From Podarcis cretensis (taxonomy: Eukaryota): a stretch of 64,000 bases of DNA. Both the position numbers and the translations under genes were made by a program. The stretch covers positions 59,272,001 through 59,336,000 of the forward strand of contig OX638153.1 in NCBI GenBank assembly GCA_951804945.1, read 5' to 3'. The notes beneath the pieces are model-generated. The model worked only from the letters and a program-made list of their open reading frames with translations. It did no database searches and was not told the DNA's origin. Position 1 is the stretch's first letter. Every line of letters begins with the position of its first letter. Below, in pieces: positions 59,050-64,000 of the stretch.

Positions 59050-60924
59050 AATGGCACATTTCCTCCTGTGCCAAATATTCTTTTCAGGTGGCAACTTTCA
59101 TTGGGACTACATCACAGGGCAAAAGTTAAACCTCTTCCCTATGCTTCATGGTCCTGCTACACTTAAAAGGAAAAAAAGCCATGTAAGGACAAGTTATGTG
59201 ATTAATTATGTAGCATGGAGTTTGGCCTTGAGAGAAAATTGGGTCAGTTTTAAGCCAGAAAGAAACAGCCAAAGTGAAACTGTAGTATAAAAATGAACAG
59301 AACTCTCAGTACCACAATATGTCTTCCCCCCTGCCCAAACACAGGCACATTCGGCCCCATATAACACAGCATGAAAAAACATGGACATGGAGCTCCCCCC
59401 CCCCCACCTTTTAAATAACTTTTTGGGATCTTATAAACAAGGATCATAGCAATACTAAATGACACAAATAAAGAGACCAAGTCTTTTCATGTCATTTGCA
59501 CATCACAAGAATAGCTATTAGTGGGCAATGTATAAGTTCCTGGTTTGTGAATTGGTTTAAACAAAAACAAAGGGGAAACAGGATAGAACAGAGTTAACAA
59601 GTAACATTCAAGATCACATAGCTAAACTCCTAATTAGGAGCCCTTGTGATTGTGCTTAGATTAAGTATGAGTAATAGTCATTTTTCCTCTTACATTACCA
59701 ATGAAACAGTATATACACATGGAGCTTTCTAAAGCCTATCCTATTCTGGTGTAACACTTGATTCTCACATGGTAACTTTCTGAAACACTCATGAGCATAT
59801 ATACACGTGGGACATCCATGTACATTTTCTCTGAGTAGGACTCATGGGGAACCTGAGATCCTGTTTATGGAACAATAACCACAGAATTATGTAAACCAGA
59901 TCAAAACATAATTCTTCTACATGGGCTCACCTAAAAAAATAAATCGCATTGCAGACAACAAACATTAATTTAGTATCATATTTTTGTTCCCTTATAAATT
60001 TGCACCTGTGTAAAACTACTGTACAAACAGGCATGCTGCCAACCTCCTTGCTTAGAGAAACTGAGATGAAGACAGACAGTTTAAGGTGTGGTGGAAGTAG
60101 TCTGAATAAACATGGATACCTGGAGTTAGGGGAGGAAAGATATCACAGCAGGCAGCAGCTTTGTCCCCTCTCATTTAAAAAGCCAAGCACTGCCTTGACT
60201 GCCAGCTCTCTTCCTGGCAAATTCCAGAGTCAGATGTGAGAGAAGGACAGGGAGGGGGTGGGGGATGGAGATTCAGAGCTATATATTGCAAGCCATCTCT
60301 ACTGCTGCTTCCTACCACCCAGTGCACAGACAGTGAGACATCTTTAGTTACAAATGGCTCCCTTGGGCACAGTAAAAATTAATCCAGCTTTTCTTGTCTT
60401 TAAGAAAAACATGGGCGTAAAATGAGATTGAAGCCTCTAGGGGGGGGGGGGGGGAGGCAGCCGGTGATGAGACATGCTAATCCAAAGACTGTTTAATTGC
60501 TCAAGCACTCTAGTAGACTTTAGGCAAGGGGTGGGGAAGTTAACCACAGACGTCTCAGTCTAGGTGCCTAAGAGCAGATAAGCATGGAATGGTAATTAGC
60601 TTAACAGAGACGAGAGGAATGAACCCCCCCCCCCTTTTCTCCCTAAATAACTGTGGCCCATGCTGTTAATGACAGGGTGTGTGTCTTTGAACACACATGT
60701 GCATGTACCCATTGTGGACAACTCGTCCACGAATGAGACACTTCTTAAGAGACACTTATTTTCTCAACATTTATTGATAGCCAGAGCGATTCTATGATCT
60801 TACCCTCCTGGGATCCCTTGCACTGCCACCAGCAAAGACAGAAACACGGCAATAGTACGAGAAGCAAAAGCTCATGCAGTGAGACCAGCAGTCACTCCAC
60901 AGCACCCTGACAACTCTTGGAGGC

Positions 60925-61085
60925 AAGTAGCTCACAGAGAGAGAGCTATATAACTCCTGGTATTTGCAGGAAGGGCTGGGAAAGGCCACCGTATGGAATC
61001 TTTTAGAGCTGCTGCCAGTCTGTGGAGACAATACAGAGCTAAATGAACCCACAGTCTGGCCCAGCATAAGGCAATTTCTTTGTGC
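60925..61085 (+). mobile_element. Degenerate Squam2-like SINE
   Basis: agggctgggaaag...gagctgctgccagtctgtggagacaatacagagcta...ataaggca body and tail. Confidence 0.6.
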
Positions 61086-61374
61086 CACCATCAACTGCCA
61101 ATTGTGACGATGCTTGCCAATGGTCCCCCATTATTAGCCATGCACAGAAGACAATAATGCAATGGTTGCTTCCTGGAGCAAGCACATCCCTCCTTCCAGA
61201 GGCAATGCACACAGCCATGCTCACAGGAATGGAGGACAATGCTTCCCATATAATGCAGAGGATTCCCAGAAGTCTTGCTGGGGTACCAATGATTCCACAC
61301 AGCCAATACCAACAATACTGCACATAACACATTTGTACTGGGTCTGAGTGAGAGGGGAAATCTTTACTGAAGGG

Positions 61375-61605
61375 AGGAAGGACAGTGCTGCGTAATGGTT
61401 AGAGAGTTGGTCTGTGACCTGGGAGGCCAGGGTTTGAACCCCCGCTCAGCCATGAAGCTCACTAAGTGACCTTGGACCATTTACCATCTCTCAGCCTTAC
61501 CTACTTCACAGGGTTGTTGTGAGGATAGAACGGAAGAGGGAAAGACCCAAATGCACCACCTTGAGCTCCTTGGGAGAAAAGGTGGCATATAAATGTAATA
61601 AATAA
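61375..61605 (+). mobile_element. CORE-type SINE (Squam3A/MIR-like)
   Basis: tRNA-like head (taatggttagag...gggtttgaaccccc), core gtgaccttgg...acctacttcacagggttgttgtgagg, taaataa tail. Confidence 0.75.
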
Positions 61606-63739
61606 GGTATGATGGACAGTAACAAAAGCAGGGTCACGGGAGGTAATATATCGCCTGGTAACTCAGTGGGAAAAAGCAATGCAATAGGAAACAGAGATGT
61701 GGGTGCAACTTTAGGGAGAAAAAAATGTGTCTATCACAGGACAAAGCTTAACTTCCCAGGGCTCTAATGGCAACAATAATTTTAGGTGGAAACATGGAGA
61801 GGGAGCAGGACAAAAACTCAAAGAGCAACAGCTTAGCCATACAACCAACCGCTAACATCTTTGCGCTTGTCCAGAGGCCACGTCCACGAGTACACACCAC
61901 CTGTCACCCGCCAGCTTACCTGTGCATGGAACCAAGAGATTCCAGACCTGTAGTCCAATACCAAAGGAACCCTAACTGGAGCCATGGATCAGTGGAAAAA
62001 CACAGTGGAAAAGCACAACCTTCTTCTAGATGAAGATTGGGGTTCAACCTTTGGTTAAAATCTCACAGGACAAAGTTCTGGGACATGTATTCACACCAAA
62101 AAGAGTGAAATGTGATAGCCAACCAGAGTGTCTGGTACATAAACAAATACTGTATCCCAAGGTAACCATCTGACTCGTCTGTGTCACAGGAAACCTTTCA
62201 CTTTGCTAGCCTCCTTCATTCTATTCTGCAACATGCACTTGTTGGGATGACTCCCTGTGCCTGCCTTTTATTTTCCTAGGACATATTGCTATCCACCCAA
62301 CATTCCTCATCCAATCAGCTGCATTGGTTCGTCTACATCTGAACAGTATCTGAAGGCAGGGGGTTAGAGATGTCAGCACTGTGCTACTAAGACCTCCATT
62401 TTCCCTTGCTAGTGTCCCACTGGGAAGGCTATAGGCAGGCTTCTGATCCCTGGTGTTGTGGTAGAAGATTAAATATACTTTTTCCCATTAGTGCGTCCCA
62501 TCCTAGGGTGAGAAACATGCAGGTTCCCCATCAATTAAAGAGAACAGAAGCACAGCTAAAGTGGTCACAACTTTTATTGAAGAACATTGGTTCTGTAGTC
62601 TGATCTGGCTTCATCACAGAAGAATGGAGGGTTGGCATCATCCTTTATCTTGCAAGGCCCAAATGCCTTTGGAAGCTGCATGGCAGACAGTAGAGTGAAC
62701 TGACATACCTCTCTCCATCACAGCATCTCTACCCTGGGTAATGCAGCAGTTTATACATTACTGTGCATTGTACACTCTGGAAAGGCACAGGAGCCCTACT
62801 AGAAATAAAAATATGGTAGCCCCACAGAGAAACTTCTTACTGGTTACTGCTGCTGAGGCTTTGTCTGCCTAGCACAGGGAATCTGCCTCTTGAGTGTGTT
62901 GAATAGCTGCCTTGTTGCCTGCAGAGAGACAAGAGACTTGAGGATGGTAACAAGCATTAAATCCAAGTAACCATGTGCTACTTTGGGACTGTCAAATGAA
63001 TAAAGGAGGGGAAAATATCACCCTAGGTACTGTTCATGCCTCACTCTGGTCTCCCCAATTTTCCACTGGCAATCCACTTGATAACTGCATCTGGATGTTC
63101 ACTTCTCAGGGCAGACAATATTCAACCATCCACTGCAGGGAGATGCAATGAAGTGCCACCTGTAATTTCTGTTTTCTGTGCTCATGTGCTCTGCAAAGAA
63201 AAACAAGCTGTGTTTGGCCAGCAGTAGCAAGAGGCCAAGCAAGAGTGCCTTGTATTCACCAGCAGAAGTAACTATATTTCCCATTGCCCTCTCCAGAGCA
63301 CGGCAGGCATCCCCTTGCATTTGGGGAATTTAGGAGGAGGGATGGAGGAGATGCAGGTGTCAAGCTTTAAAGCAAGGACCTTGCCCTCCAGGTGAGTCCT
63401 CCCTCATTTGCTTACCTGCATGGGGTGTCTTGTCCCTTTAGGCCCAAATGCTGGGGTGGAGGGAAGGATCTTGGTGTATGTTTGTGTGCAGATTCCCAAG
63501 AGACAGAGTACCTGTAAGGGCTCTGAGAATACAAGTGTTATTCATCTGACCTTCCTATATCTGTTGCTAGCCTCAAGGTCTGTGCAAGTACCCATCTGCT
63601 AAAGCTTTGTGAGAACTGTACTGTACTATAGACACAAGGGCACAGTGGTGTATCCCTGTGCTGTCTTAATGTATCAGCTCTGCTTCCTTGCTAGAGTTTA
63701 TCTACTCCTGCTAATATGCCACAATTGTCTGCAGAGTTA

Positions 63740-63908
63740 CCATATTTTTTGCACCATAACACTCACTTTTTTTCTCCTAAAAAGTAAGGGGAAATATCCG
63801 TGTGTGTTATGGAGGGAATGCCTACGGGTAGCATGCCTACGAATTTTCCTCCTCTAAAAACTACGTGCATGTTATGGTCGGGTGCGTGTTATAGAGCGAA
63901 AAATACGG
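63740..63908. mobile_element. Tc1/mariner-type MITE
   Basis: Imperfect TIRs CCATATTTTTTGCACCATAACAC vs CCGTATTTTTCGCTCTATAACAC; TA on both flanks. Confidence 0.75.
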
Positions 63909-64000
63909 TAGTTAGAATCCTCCCCTCCATTATGGCTAAGGTGGTGGAGGAGCAACTGTTTGGAGCTGTTGAGTGACTTGGGAGTTTTTAAATTCACAAC

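Larger units (their letters stand above)
23198..64000 (-). other. SLIT1: SLIT1 large intron 4 (partial, over 40 kb)
   Basis: No further LRR exon recognised upstream of exon 5; a very long intron 4 is typical of vertebrate Slit genes. Confidence 0.8.

Noticed and set aside
23198-64000. SLIT1 exons 1-4 or a nested protein-coding gene
   Set aside because: No LRR-coding segment with splice sites and no other coherent exon chain recognised; a non-coding antisense transcript cannot be excluded from sequence alone
1-64000. CRISPR arrays, operons or other prokaryotic/phage systems
   Set aside because: The sequence is a spliced vertebrate gene with vertebrate retroposons; no regular repeat-spacer array seen

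Overview
Vertebrate genomic DNA, most likely a lacertid-type lizard judging from the repeat families (Sauria SINE, Squam3-like SINE, Bov-B, L2, hAT/Tigger MITEs). The window lies entirely inside one minus-strand gene, SLIT1, a secreted Robo ligand for axon guidance. I traced 24 consecutive coding exons between 23197 and 294 (exons 5-28 by human numbering, which is inferred). All have GT-AG boundaries and compatible phases, totalling 2556 nt, and encode most of LRR domain D1, all of D2-D4, EGF1 and most of EGF2. Positions 23198-64000 are part of the large intron 4, filled with retroposons, MITEs, microsatellites and several enhancer-like segments. Most ORFs in the supplied track are spurious. 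I found no convincing new multi-gene system. The best leads are: an atypical exon-14 donor that changes the junction residue next to the regulated 24-nt microexon 15; a young sense-oriented L1 fragment with a poly(A) signal in intron 15; SINEs with different tRNA heads (Lys and Asn) on the same CR1 tail; and two Bov-B insertions truncated at the same point. Repeat family names come from remembered consensus features, not a database search.
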